This document shows, in pieces, positions 52,640 to 61,341 of a DNA stretch of 64,000 nt. The DNA is taken from the NCBI GenBank assembly GCA_963696385.1, contig CAVOKF010000003.1, forward strand, positions 416,001-480,000, read 5' to 3'. A model generated the notes under the pieces. It was not told where the DNA came from. It worked only from the letters and a program-made list of their open reading frames with translations, and did no database searches. Position 1 is the stretch's first letter. Every line of letters begins with the position of its first letter. The DNA comes from an uncultured delta proteobacterium (GTDB taxonomy: Bacteria; Myxococcota_A; Polyangia; Polyangiales; Polyangiaceae). The translations under genes were made by a program, and so were the position numbers.

Positions 52640-53181
52640 CACCCGAACAGAGGGTCGACCCGCGGCGGTTTATTCTAACGCCGGAGCGCCGAGCGATCGT
52701 GCTCGCCTCAGCGACTATTCGGGCCGCTGCCGAGTCGATCGGGGTCACACGGGCCACCCTGAGCTCAGCCGTCAACCGCGACGCCGCGCTGGTCGCAGAG
52801 CTCGCGCGCAAGCGCCAGGCCGAGCGCGATGCAGTCCGCGAAGCCGCGCCGCCGAAGCCGCGCAAGCAGCGCGATGCCGACTCGTTCGACAGCCGTCCGG
52901 TCATTCGAGCCGAGCAGATCGAGGGTGCTGTCCTCGCCGCCGCGACGGCCGTTACGGGCGCGCTGCCGGCCGTCGACAGCCGAGGTCCGCGCTGGGCCGG
53001 TGGAGAGCATTGGTCGCGGCTTAGGGCCGCGTTCCACTGCTTGCCGGAGATGGCCCGGCGCGAGGCAATCACTCGCCTCGTCCTCGAGGAAGCCGAGCGC
53101 ATCGAGGCGGATCGCGGCCTCGAGTGGCGCCCCGCCGAACGACACCAGGGCCAAGTGAGGGCGGGGTCACATGATCACTGA
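52636..53181 (+). CDS. HTH DNA-binding protein
   Basis: TIRAAAESIGVTRATLSSAV HTH. Confidence 0.65.
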   Translation: MTPEQRVDPRRFILTPERRAIVLASATIRAAAESIGVTRATLSSAVNRDAALVAELARKRQAERDAVREAAPPKPRKQRDADSFDSRPVIRAEQIEGAVLAAATAVTGALPAVDSRGPRWAGGEHWSRLRAAFHCLPEMARREAITRLVLEEAERIEADRGLEWRPAERHQGQVRAGSHDH

Positions 53182-53668
53182 CCTCTTGACGGACGAGCTG
53201 ACGCAAGCGCACCTCGCGCTGCTTTTGCACCAGCTTTGGGATGAGTACTTCGAGCCCAGGCCGCGGCCTTTGCTGTTGCCGGTGATCGATGAGGGACTTG
53301 TGGAGTGCGCCAACATCCAGCGCAAGGGCACGATCTTCGTGATCACGTTCGACCGGACGACGCTGGATCTCGGTGTGGGCCGGCGGTGGCTGGTCGACGT
53401 TGCTCTGCATGAGCTCACGCATGTGCCGAGCTATCCCGAGCGCGCCTCGCACGGGCCGGGCTTTTACGCCGAGTGCTGCCGTCTTTCGCCGCTCATAGGC
53501 CTCGAGTTTTTGCCGTGCGAGGACACGGTCCACGAGTGGCCCCACAACATGCGACCCGATGGCTTTTACGAGGGGACTTATTTCGACGCGGACAGGATCG
53601 GATCGGCGTGGCTTGTCGACGTTCGCGATGCGTTCGCGTCGGTGGCCGCGCTCGAGGTGGACCCATGA
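53171..53668 (+). CDS. SprT-like Zn metalloprotease
   Basis: ALHELTH...HGPGFYAECCRL. Confidence 0.7.
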   Translation: MITDLLTDELTQAHLALLLHQLWDEYFEPRPRPLLLPVIDEGLVECANIQRKGTIFVITFDRTTLDLGVGRRWLVDVALHELTHVPSYPERASHGPGFYAECCRLSPLIGLEFLPCEDTVHEWPHNMRPDGFYEGTYFDADRIGSAWLVDVRDAFASVAALEVDP

Positions 53669-53757
53669 CTGCGCTCGATCATGGCAGCAATCATCCCGAC
53701 CGTGAACACGGCCAGACCCATGATGGCAAGGCCAACGATGTAGGTGTACTCGCCCAT
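53578..53757 (-). CDS. Small single-TM protein (59 aa)
   Basis: AGGAG RBS; MGEYTYIVGLAIMGLAVFTVGMIAAMIERS...; manual translation. Confidence 0.5.
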   Translation of the reverse strand: MGEYTYIVGLAIMGLAVFTVGMIAAMIERSHGSTSSAATDANASRTSTSHADPILSASK

Positions 53758-53759
53758 GT

Positions 53760-53933
53760 TCAGCTCCTGCTCCTGGTTCGCTCAATGATGGCGCCGAAAC
53801 CGGCAAAAAACAACCCCAAACCAAGAACGACCACGGTCCACCTCCACGACGGTAAGCCGGCCGCGATTGTCTTTTCTAGCACGCCCAGGGCCGCGACGAG
53901 CACACCAGCCTCCCGCAGAAAGTCGCCCGACAT
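53760..53933 (-). CDS. Small two-TM membrane protein (start uncertain)
   Basis: FLREAGVLVAALGVLE...WTVVVLGLGLFFAGFGAIIER. Confidence 0.55.
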   Translation of the reverse strand: MSGDFLREAGVLVAALGVLEKTIAAGLPSWRWTVVVLGLGLFFAGFGAIIERTRSRS

Positions 53934-53993
53934 CTCTGCCAAGCCTTTAGGCGCCCCCATCGGGGCCATTCCTAGCACATCCGTGGGGACTCC

Positions 53994-54566
53994 ATGGCAA
54001 TAAGGAGTGGACACGGCAACGGCGCCGGCGTGCCCCGGATCGAGGTCCTGCCTCCCGACGAGCTGCCGGATCCGGCTCCGATACCGGACGAGAGCGGTCC
54101 GATTGTGCGCCGCTCGAACGGCACGTTCGCCGATGGGGAGTCCGCCAGGCGGGCCGGTCGCAAAGGTGGCCAGCGCACGCAGCTATTCAGCCGCATCCTT
54201 CGTTCGTTGGGTTTGGCCGAGCTCTCGGCTGACCACGCGTTCTACGCCTACGAGGTGGCCGGCAAAGACTTTGCCGATGCCTACATTTCCCGCCTCACGA
54301 CCATGTTTGGCGAGTGCGGCGAGGGACCCGCCAGCATCGTGAAGACCGCCGGGATTCAGCTCGCATCGAGTCGTTACCTCTACGACCAGGGCAAGCTGAC
54401 GGGCGACGCCGAGCTCCTGGGCCAAGCGTCCAAGATGGGCAACGACCATCGCCAGAACATGCTTGCGAGTTACGAGCTCGCCGCACGGGAAGCTCAGGCG
54501 CGCGAGGCCTCCGTTCCAGACGGCGTCGATGCCCACTGGTGGTCGGACAAGAAGGGCAAGCGATGA
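53994..54566 (+). CDS. Putative terminase small subunit
   Basis: Immediately upstream of and overlapping TerL; RRSNGTF...ARRAGRKGG motif then helical region; largely positional. Confidence 0.6.
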   Translation: MAIRSGHGNGAGVPRIEVLPPDELPDPAPIPDESGPIVRRSNGTFADGESARRAGRKGGQRTQLFSRILRSLGLAELSADHAFYAYEVAGKDFADAYISRLTTMFGECGEGPASIVKTAGIQLASSRYLYDQGKLTGDAELLGQASKMGNDHRQNMLASYELAAREAQAREASVPDGVDAHWWSDKKGKR

Positions 54567-56323
54567 AGTTCACCGAATTCACCGACGACATCGGCCTGAG
54601 CCTCACGCCGGCACAACGTGTACTCTGCAAGGTTTCGTTTGATGGGACCGACCCTTGTGCGCTTGAGGGCGCGGAGCGGGAGCTTGCGCGAGTTCTGTTC
54701 GGCGAAGTCGATACGGTGCCCGCGTTGGCCCGGCGCACGATCGTGCTGACCCTTGGCCGAGGAAGCGGAAAGACGACCATCGCAGCGGCGTACGGTCTCT
54801 ATCGAATGGTGACCGCGGACCTCTCGAGGTGCGGGCCCGGTGACATTCCGCACATGATCGCGGTCGCCCCGACGACGCGAACGGCAAAGCTCGTCGTTGG
54901 CATGGCCCAGGAGCTCACGCAGTGGTCGAAGGCATTGCGTCGGCGCGTCGAATCGGAGACAAAAGAAGGATTCATTCTTCGACGTCCCGACGGCAAGCGC
55001 GTTGCTTTCTCGGCGTTCGCGGCGAGCCGTGGCGGCGCATCCGCCCGCGGGCTCTCGGTCCTCTCGTTCGTGCTCGACGAGAGTGAATTTTTTCAGAGCG
55101 ATGCGGAGTTCGTGGTCACGGACCGTGACGTCTACGGCGCGATCGTCCCCCGTCTGATGGCGGCCGGCGCGGGCGTACTGATCTCGACGCCGTGGCCCGT
55201 GCCCACCATGACGGCCGAACTGCGCGAGAAGAATTTCGGCGCCCCCTCGACGGCTCTGTGCGCAGTGGGTCCGACGCTCGTCATGCGCCCCGGCGACGAA
55301 ACTATCGAGTCGCTGGTCGCCGCCGAGCGAGAGCGCGACCCAGACAACGCGGCGCGCGAGTTCGATTGCGACGCGTCCGCGACCAGCGGCTCGAGCACTC
55401 TCTTTACCGCCGAGATGATCCGCGCATGCGTCGACATGAACCTGGCGCAGCCGTCGCCACGCGTCGGAAGCTATCACCCGAGTTTCGGTTGCGACGTCGC
55501 GTTCGTGCGCGACTCGAGCACCCTCGTCGGGTCGGTCGACAAGGAAGGCGTCGTCGAGGTGCAAACGATTCTTGAAAAGAGGCCAGAGAAAGGCCAGCCA
55601 CTTCGCCCAAAAGAGGTCGTCGACGACTTCGCGAAAGTGATTACTGATTATGGCGCGGTGAGTGTTTGGGGTGATATTCACTATAAGGAATCGGTCCGCG
55701 AACATCTCGAACCGTATCAGATCGAGTTTTGCGACGTGCCCGCTGGCGCAAACGGCAAACAGGAGACGTACCTGCACGCCCGCAAGATGCTAAGCGAGGG
55801 CCGCGTCCGCCTCCCGAACAATCCGCGCTTTCTTGCTCAGTTGAGAAGCATCGTCAGCAAGCCGATGTCCGGCGGAGGTTTGCAGATCAGCGCACCGCGC
55901 CGCGCTGGACTCGCACACGGCGACATCGTCTCGGCGTTCGTGGCGTCGCTCTGGGCTGTCAAACAGGGAGAGCAGCCGGACTGGTTGCGAGCGATGGTCG
56001 CCCTGGATCAGCGGAACGGCGTGTTGTTCGACGGCGGCAATTCTAAGATGTGCAATGAGCGATACGTGAATGCGTTGGCCGCGATTATCGGGTGGCGGAA
56101 GCGCCATGGCAATCTGCGAAAGGATACGCACACGCTCGACGTGGGCAACGACGGTACATATACATTGGTACACGCCAATTATCTGAACGGTGTAGCGCGG
56201 TGGCGTTCCAAGGACCGTTTCGGCAACGTGGTCTTCGATCCGCATTGCGAGCCGGGCTTCAAACATCAGATGGCTTGGATCTGGACAGAACTTTACTCGA
56301 ATCGTGGAGGCGAAGCGCCATGA
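54563..56323 (+). CDS. Terminase large subunit with ~110-aa C-terminal extension
   Basis: LTPAQ; Walker A GRGSGKT; Walker B FVLDESEF; ISTP; RNase-H GCDVAFVRDSS; HGDIVSA. Confidence 0.88.
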   Translation: MKFTEFTDDIGLSLTPAQRVLCKVSFDGTDPCALEGAERELARVLFGEVDTVPALARRTIVLTLGRGSGKTTIAAAYGLYRMVTADLSRCGPGDIPHMIAVAPTTRTAKLVVGMAQELTQWSKALRRRVESETKEGFILRRPDGKRVAFSAFAASRGGASARGLSVLSFVLDESEFFQSDAEFVVTDRDVYGAIVPRLMAAGAGVLISTPWPVPTMTAELREKNFGAPSTALCAVGPTLVMRPGDETIESLVAAERERDPDNAAREFDCDASATSGSSTLFTAEMIRACVDMNLAQPSPRVGSYHPSFGCDVAFVRDSSTLVGSVDKEGVVEVQTILEKRPEKGQPLRPKEVVDDFAKVITDYGAVSVWGDIHYKESVREHLEPYQIEFCDVPAGANGKQETYLHARKMLSEGRVRLPNNPRFLAQLRSIVSKPMSGGGLQISAPRRAGLAHGDIVSAFVASLWAVKQGEQPDWLRAMVALDQRNGVLFDGGNSKMCNERYVNALAAIIGWRKRHGNLRKDTHTLDVGNDGTYTLVHANYLNGVARWRSKDRFGNVVFDPHCEPGFKHQMAWIWTELYSNRGGEAP

Positions 56324-56655
56324 GAACTCGTATCGGAAGGCGCCAACCGTACATCCCCGCGCGACGGCCGATCGGGGCGGACCGCTTCGACGGTCTCATT
56401 CCGGAATTGATCCAGAACGTGATGCAAACGGACCTCGCCGAGGTACGGGGGATCCGTGGTGAGCTCGAAGAATCGGAGGAGCACAACTTCCACTTCGAAT
56501 CGTGGCCGGACGGTCGAATGGCGGTCAGCACGATGGCCAAGAACCCCGAGGTCGCCAAGTGGCATACAAAGCTCAAGGGCGACATCGAGTTCACCGACAA
56601 CGCAAGCAACTTTTTTAGGGCTTGTGCATACAGAATACGGGCGCGCAACTCATAG
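56320..56655 (+). CDS. Hypothetical protein paralogous to the TerL C-terminal extension
   Basis: GGAGG RBS, ATGA overlap; alignment given in findings. Confidence 0.7.
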   Translation: MRTRIGRRQPYIPARRPIGADRFDGLIPELIQNVMQTDLAEVRGIRGELEESEEHNFHFESWPDGRMAVSTMAKNPEVAKWHTKLKGDIEFTDNASNFFRACAYRIRARNS

Positions 56656-56681
56656 GCGATTTACCATTATCGAGGGTTCAC

Positions 56682-58097
56682 ATGACGACCAATGTCCAGC
56701 TACCCAGGATCCCAACCCGCACCGTCGGCGGCATGTTGGTGCACAGCCAAGAAGAGGGCATACGCCGGATCCGTGAGGCAGCCGCGGCTCATCGGCCCGC
56801 CTTACCCAAGGTGGCGAAGCTCGTCACGTTGGACGAGAAAATACTCCGCGACATCAATCCAATGATCGACCCCGAATCGGTGGTTCCGTTTTGGGGACCG
56901 CTCCCGACGATCATCCGACAGGGCGACGTCGAGATCGCACGGCTCGAACACATCGGCGACGCGCGACCGACGCACGATCTGTGTGCCGAGCTGCGAGGGC
57001 TCGCGGCGGACTCCGGTGTCGAAGACGACCTCAGCGAAACGTCCGAGGACCATGTTACCGAAGGTGAGGCAGCGGTCCGGGCGATCTTGCGATTCCGGCC
57101 CGAGCTGACCGGCATTCGCCGCTTCTCACGGCCCGATCTGGCGGTCGATATGTGCGCCGTGGACGAGGGTCGCGCGTGGGGACTCAGTGCAGAGCGGATC
57201 GCGGCCCTGGTCGGGCACGCGGTCACGTCGGGGCGTCGATTGAAGGCGCCGTGCTCTCGTGCTCGCGAGCTCGAGGCCGCGGCACGGATCGCGAACGAGA
57301 AGATCGAACAAGAGGCGCAGGCGGCGCAGCGCGCGTACGCCGAGGCGAACCGCGTCGAGTCCCGAACGATTAAGTCGCTTGGGTTGCAAGGCTTGCAGAT
57401 CGATTTTGGGTTGCCCGGGGTGTCGCGCCCCGCGGAACTCGGTGCGGCTACTTGGATCGATAACCTCGCCGTGTGGCGTTCGATCCCTGGGATCTCGATC
57501 CCTCAGGTCAAATTCGCGGTGGGGTCCACGCTCGATCCCAATACGATCGTCACGGCCAACGCTGCGATGCTCGCGTCTGTCGGATTTCCAGACATTGAGA
57601 CATACGGTCTCGTCGTCCGCATCCTTCAAAAATACCTACCGGACAGACGCACTGGCCCGGTCGACACGTTTTCGAAAGTACATCTCGAGGCCGCGCGCGA
57701 ATGCGTACGCCCGCTCATGCCGTATGTGTACTCTACACGTACAGGACTCGGGTACATGCCTCGACTTGTCACGGAGATCGCGGTCAGGGGCTTCATGGTC
57801 TCTCCACCCGCCGCGGTCGCGTTGATCTGGTCCGAGCTCTTGGATCAAGAGAGCATGTCGGCACATCGTCAGATTCCGGTGCAGGCGGGCGCAATCGGGA
57901 CAACGCATCCGCCGATCCGGATCTTGCAGGATCCCAATATGCAGCAGATCGACAAGATCGACCTGCGAGTGACTAGGCCTGTTGAGCGGACGTACGCCGG
58001 GGCGACGAGCAAAGATCAGTTGGCCTCCTGGGCCGCGGAGGCCGCAAGCGGCGGCATCGTCGAAGTCGGATCTCTACTTTCGAAGAAAGGTAAGTGA
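56682..58097 (+). CDS. Hypothetical protein (471 aa) with central coiled coil
   Basis: GAGG RBS; long intact ORF; I recognise no portal or capsid motifs. Confidence 0.7.
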   Translation: MTTNVQLPRIPTRTVGGMLVHSQEEGIRRIREAAAAHRPALPKVAKLVTLDEKILRDINPMIDPESVVPFWGPLPTIIRQGDVEIARLEHIGDARPTHDLCAELRGLAADSGVEDDLSETSEDHVTEGEAAVRAILRFRPELTGIRRFSRPDLAVDMCAVDEGRAWGLSAERIAALVGHAVTSGRRLKAPCSRARELEAAARIANEKIEQEAQAAQRAYAEANRVESRTIKSLGLQGLQIDFGLPGVSRPAELGAATWIDNLAVWRSIPGISIPQVKFAVGSTLDPNTIVTANAAMLASVGFPDIETYGLVVRILQKYLPDRRTGPVDTFSKVHLEAARECVRPLMPYVYSTRTGLGYMPRLVTEIAVRGFMVSPPAAVALIWSELLDQESMSAHRQIPVQAGAIGTTHPPIRILQDPNMQQIDKIDLRVTRPVERTYAGATSKDQLASWAAEAASGGIVEVGSLLSKKGK

Positions 58098-58102
58098 ACG
58101 CC

Positions 58103-58837
58103 ATGGGACAAAATATGAGATACGAATCGACCTCGCGAGACCCCGCACCCAACCCCGAATACGAGAGGGGCGTCGCAGACGTTCGTCGCAAAGAGCTTGC
58201 GCGGATCGGTTACGAGATCCCCGCGAACGCGTCGCCAGCCTACGTCGACGGGGTCTACGGGGTCGCCGTCAAGAAGGGGCAGGTTCGCTCGGACGCCGCG
58301 CCGCGATTTTTGGATCCGCTCGATCTCGTCTTCGCTGGAGGCGTCGAGGCGCGCTCGGACGCGATGCTGACCGAGAGCGGAGTAGAGACGAACACCGCTA
58401 CTCAAGAGGAGACGCTCGCCTCAGCCGACGAACAGCGACAGGCCGGATTCGCCCAAATGCAGGCAAAGTTCGAACGCGGCCTCGAAAATGCGACCTATGG
58501 GTATCGTCCGGCACGGGGGCACGACGGCTCGTTTCCCGGGGGGTCAAGGGGCAATAACGCGAGCACGCCACCGGGCGATCCGGAGTGGGGTCAGCGCGCT
58601 CGGGAGTCGGCTCCGCGAGTTCCGCGCGAGCAAACAGAGCACGGGCGCTCTGCCTTCGGTGGAGGCAACGAGGGCTCTTTCGAGGGATCGTTCGGCGGGG
58701 GGATGGCCACGCCTGACGTCTTCGGCGAGGGCGACTCGACGACGGCCGACGCTCGCGACGCCATGATCGCGCGCGCGCGCGACGCGTGGCGAACCCCGCA
58801 AGGCCCGCGGGCGATGGGTCGCACGCGAGGTGCATGA
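58103..58837 (+). CDS. Putative head-scaffold-like protein (resembles the C-terminal part of DUF2213 proteins)
   Basis: SPAYVDGVY...RSDA and terminal ADARDAMIARARDAW; resemblance from recall. Confidence 0.5.
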   Translation: MGQNMRYESTSRDPAPNPEYERGVADVRRKELARIGYEIPANASPAYVDGVYGVAVKKGQVRSDAAPRFLDPLDLVFAGGVEARSDAMLTESGVETNTATQEETLASADEQRQAGFAQMQAKFERGLENATYGYRPARGHDGSFPGGSRGNNASTPPGDPEWGQRARESAPRVPREQTEHGRSAFGGGNEGSFEGSFGGGMATPDVFGEGDSTTADARDAMIARARDAWRTPQGPRAMGRTRGA

Positions 58838-58840
58838 GCC

Positions 58841-59164
58841 ATGACGTCAGCCGTGTTTGACCGTCGTGACGCCTTGACCGGGACACCAGTTGTGCCGGAG
58901 CCGACGGCGCCGATGCAAACCGACGATGAATTTCGCGCGACCGCGGAGACCAAGCGGGATTCCCTCACGTTTCGCAAGGACGCCGCCGACGTCCTCCGAT
59001 CGCTCAAGGCGCTGCGCCCAGGCGACAGGCGAAATCTGTACGCATGGCTATTTTGGAATGAGGTTGCAGACCTAGGACCCAATGCCGAAATCACGTTCGG
59101 CGGAATGCGTATCCGAACCGGCGCCAACACGCTCGCCGGGGCACCTGTGGAGAAAAACAAATGA
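58841..59164 (+). CDS. Hypothetical protein
   Basis: GAGGT RBS; RRDA, KRDS, RKDA motifs. Confidence 0.6.
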   Translation: MTSAVFDRRDALTGTPVVPEPTAPMQTDDEFRATAETKRDSLTFRKDAADVLRSLKALRPGDRRNLYAWLFWNEVADLGPNAEITFGGMRIRTGANTLAGAPVEKNK

Positions 59165-59337
59165 GCCAAGAATTCGTATGTTCAATCGACGCGACCGTGC
59201 CAGCCCCTACCGCGGAAGCCCAGGTCAAACTCGAGGTCGCCGCGTCCGTTGACGCCTCGGTGGATCTCGCTCCGGCCACACCGGCCGGGTTACGATGGAA
59301 CGAATCAAATTGGGATGAAGCGACGTGGGGGGTCTAG
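59161..59337 (+). CDS. Small protein (58 aa) with terminal Trp repeat WNESNWDEATW
   Basis: GGAG RBS, ATGA overlap; manual translation. Confidence 0.55.
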   Translation: MSQEFVCSIDATVPAPTAEAQVKLEVAASVDASVDLAPATPAGLRWNESNWDEATWGV

Positions 59338-59339
59338 CC

Positions 59340-60605
59340 ATGTCCGGCCAACCCCCAATCGGGACCTGGGCGACGACGACCGACTACCCTCCGGGTTCGA
59401 GCCCGTGGAGCGGTAATCCCACGAAGATCCAGCCAACCCAAACGTATTGGATTCCGGCGACCGGCGTGAGCGCCCCCGAACACAATTACATCATCAACCA
59501 GCTCTACGCGGAACTTGCCGCCGTCGAAGCCGCGGGCGGATCGGCGCTCGTTGCGCAGAACTGGCAATCTGTCATCGCCGCGGGGCCGGCGAACGCGAAC
59601 GCCCTCGCGTGGAATCCAATATTGAGCAGCGGCGGCGCGTTCATCACCGTCGAAAAGAACTCTGGGCCGCTCTACCAGTTCGTATACAACAGCGGCGCGG
59701 ACCTCGTTTGGACGACGCTTGGCTCGACATTCAACGTGAACTCGAGCTCGCCGAACGTTACGGCACTCGCGTGCGGTCCCGCGCAAGGCGTAACATGGGC
59801 GAGTTTTATCAATTCGAGCAACGTCGGATATCTATGGTCGTGCACCGTCGGCGGTTCTACGGACGCGCTGCTAGGTACAGGTAATGTATCCAACATGTAT
59901 CTAGCCGCTGCCGCAACGTCCGGCGTCGACTGGGGCGTTCTCGCTATCGCATCCGGCACGTCCGGCGATTCAGCGCTGTACTTCCTGACCGCCACCGGCG
60001 CGACGGGCTTGTCGACCGGCCTCACCGAAGCGCAATGGGCCGTTGCGTCGAACGGGTCGCTCGTCGTCGCAGTTGGCACCGACCGGATCGTGTATTCCAT
60101 ATCGTCCTCCAGCGGAACGTCCGGCACCGTCTCAACAGCGAATATCGCCTCCGTGCTCGGTACCGATCTGCCAATCTCCATGGCGTACGGCACGAGTACC
60201 ACGTTCCCCTCCGGCGCGTTCATCCTTTGCTGCTCCACAACGACAAGCGGACAGCGTCGCTATTACGCGAGTCAAACCGGTACCGGCGCGACTTGGGTTT
60301 CGCTCGGCGTCGCGACGACCTCGGCGGCGGCTGAAGTCTCGCAAATCGTCGCGTGCGGAAGCCTTTGGCTCGGACTCGTATCGCTGGCCGGCGGGGTCGC
60401 TGGAGTGATCATGGCCCCGAACGGCATCGACTTCGGTGGATCGGCCACGGGCAACTGGCAATCGACCCAGACTCGCGTGGTCCCGAGCGGATCCGCGGAA
60501 CCGATGATCGCCGCTGGGCCCACCCAGGCCGCGATTGCGATGGCAGATGGCGGCCCAACGTTCCGGTTCAGCCAGATCAGCGGGCCCGGCACGGCGTTGA
60601 CGTGA
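59340..60605 (+). CDS. Tail-fibre/receptor-binding-like virion protein
   Basis: N-terminal WA...PWSGNPTK...WIP...APEHNYIINQL, then an S/T/G/A-rich beta region; no signal peptide. Confidence 0.55.
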   Translation: MSGQPPIGTWATTTDYPPGSSPWSGNPTKIQPTQTYWIPATGVSAPEHNYIINQLYAELAAVEAAGGSALVAQNWQSVIAAGPANANALAWNPILSSGGAFITVEKNSGPLYQFVYNSGADLVWTTLGSTFNVNSSSPNVTALACGPAQGVTWASFINSSNVGYLWSCTVGGSTDALLGTGNVSNMYLAAAATSGVDWGVLAIASGTSGDSALYFLTATGATGLSTGLTEAQWAVASNGSLVVAVGTDRIVYSISSSSGTSGTVSTANIASVLGTDLPISMAYGTSTTFPSGAFILCCSTTTSGQRRYYASQTGTGATWVSLGVATTSAAAEVSQIVACGSLWLGLVSLAGGVAGVIMAPNGIDFGGSATGNWQSTQTRVVPSGSAEPMIAAGPTQAAIAMADGGPTFRFSQISGPGTALT

Positions 60606-60637
60606 CCATGGCGTCGCACCACCAGCAGGAGTACGCA

Positions 60638-61087
60638 ATGCGCAGCAGCAGGTTTTTTCCTCTCCTCATCCTCAGCGCTCTCGTCATCACGGCGGCCGTC
60701 GCGCGAATCGCAAGCGCGCAAGTCGTCCTACTCAACAATTTCCAGGGCCCGGAGGTCGTCGGACCCTTCACCACTGTTGGCTCCGGCAACTACCAGGTTG
60801 CCCAATTCACCGTCCTCCCGAATCACAATGTATACGTGAGTATCGGGTGCGACGCCATCGACACCGTAAACACCGCGGCCAATTCCTGGCGCCGAGACGT
60901 CTACGTGTTCGATAATAGCGGCGGCATTGCGCCAGCCGTCTTCCAGACACCCGAAAACTACACGACGAGCATCGCCATATCTAGCAATTACGGAACCCCG
61001 GGGGGCAATGCGCTAACGCTCGATTTTGAGACGACGGCATCGGACGCGCTTCGCGTCATATGTGTACTGTACTCGTTCTCGAATTGA
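60638..61087 (+). CDS. Secreted beta-rich protein
   Basis: AGGAG RBS; signal peptide ending ASA-Q; two Cys. Confidence 0.65.
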   Translation: MRSSRFFPLLILSALVITAAVARIASAQVVLLNNFQGPEVVGPFTTVGSGNYQVAQFTVLPNHNVYVSIGCDAIDTVNTAANSWRRDVYVFDNSGGIAPAVFQTPENYTTSIAISSNYGTPGGNALTLDFETTASDALRVICVLYSFSN

Positions 61088-61088
61088 C

Positions 61089-61274
61089 ATGGCCTCGCAC
61101 CGTCCAATTGGCCTTTCGCGTTGGGAGCTTGAGCACGGCGCTCAGCCCGAGGCTTGCCCGATTCCTGAGAGGGTCGAGGGATTTTGGCTCGGACCTGCGG
61201 GAGCGTGGCGCGATAGGGCGATAGCGGCGGAAGCGAAGTTGCTAGAGTTACTTCGCAGTCTTCGCAGCGCGTAA
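61089..61274 (+). CDS. Small hypothetical protein
   Basis: Starts 1 nt after the previous stop; WRDRAIAAEAKL helix. Confidence 0.5.
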   Translation: MASHRPIGLSRWELEHGAQPEACPIPERVEGFWLGPAGAWRDRAIAAEAKLLELLRSLRSA

Positions 61275-61307
61275 ACAGGCCACTGCGAAAAATCGTATAT
61301 CGGTCAC

Positions 61308-61336
61308 TTGACGGGATTGTCGATAGGCAGTATATC
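61308..61336 (+). promoter_or_regulatory. Sigma70-type promoter
   Basis: TTGACG-N17-TATATC in an AT-rich patch. Confidence 0.6.
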
Positions 61337-61341
61337 TATTC

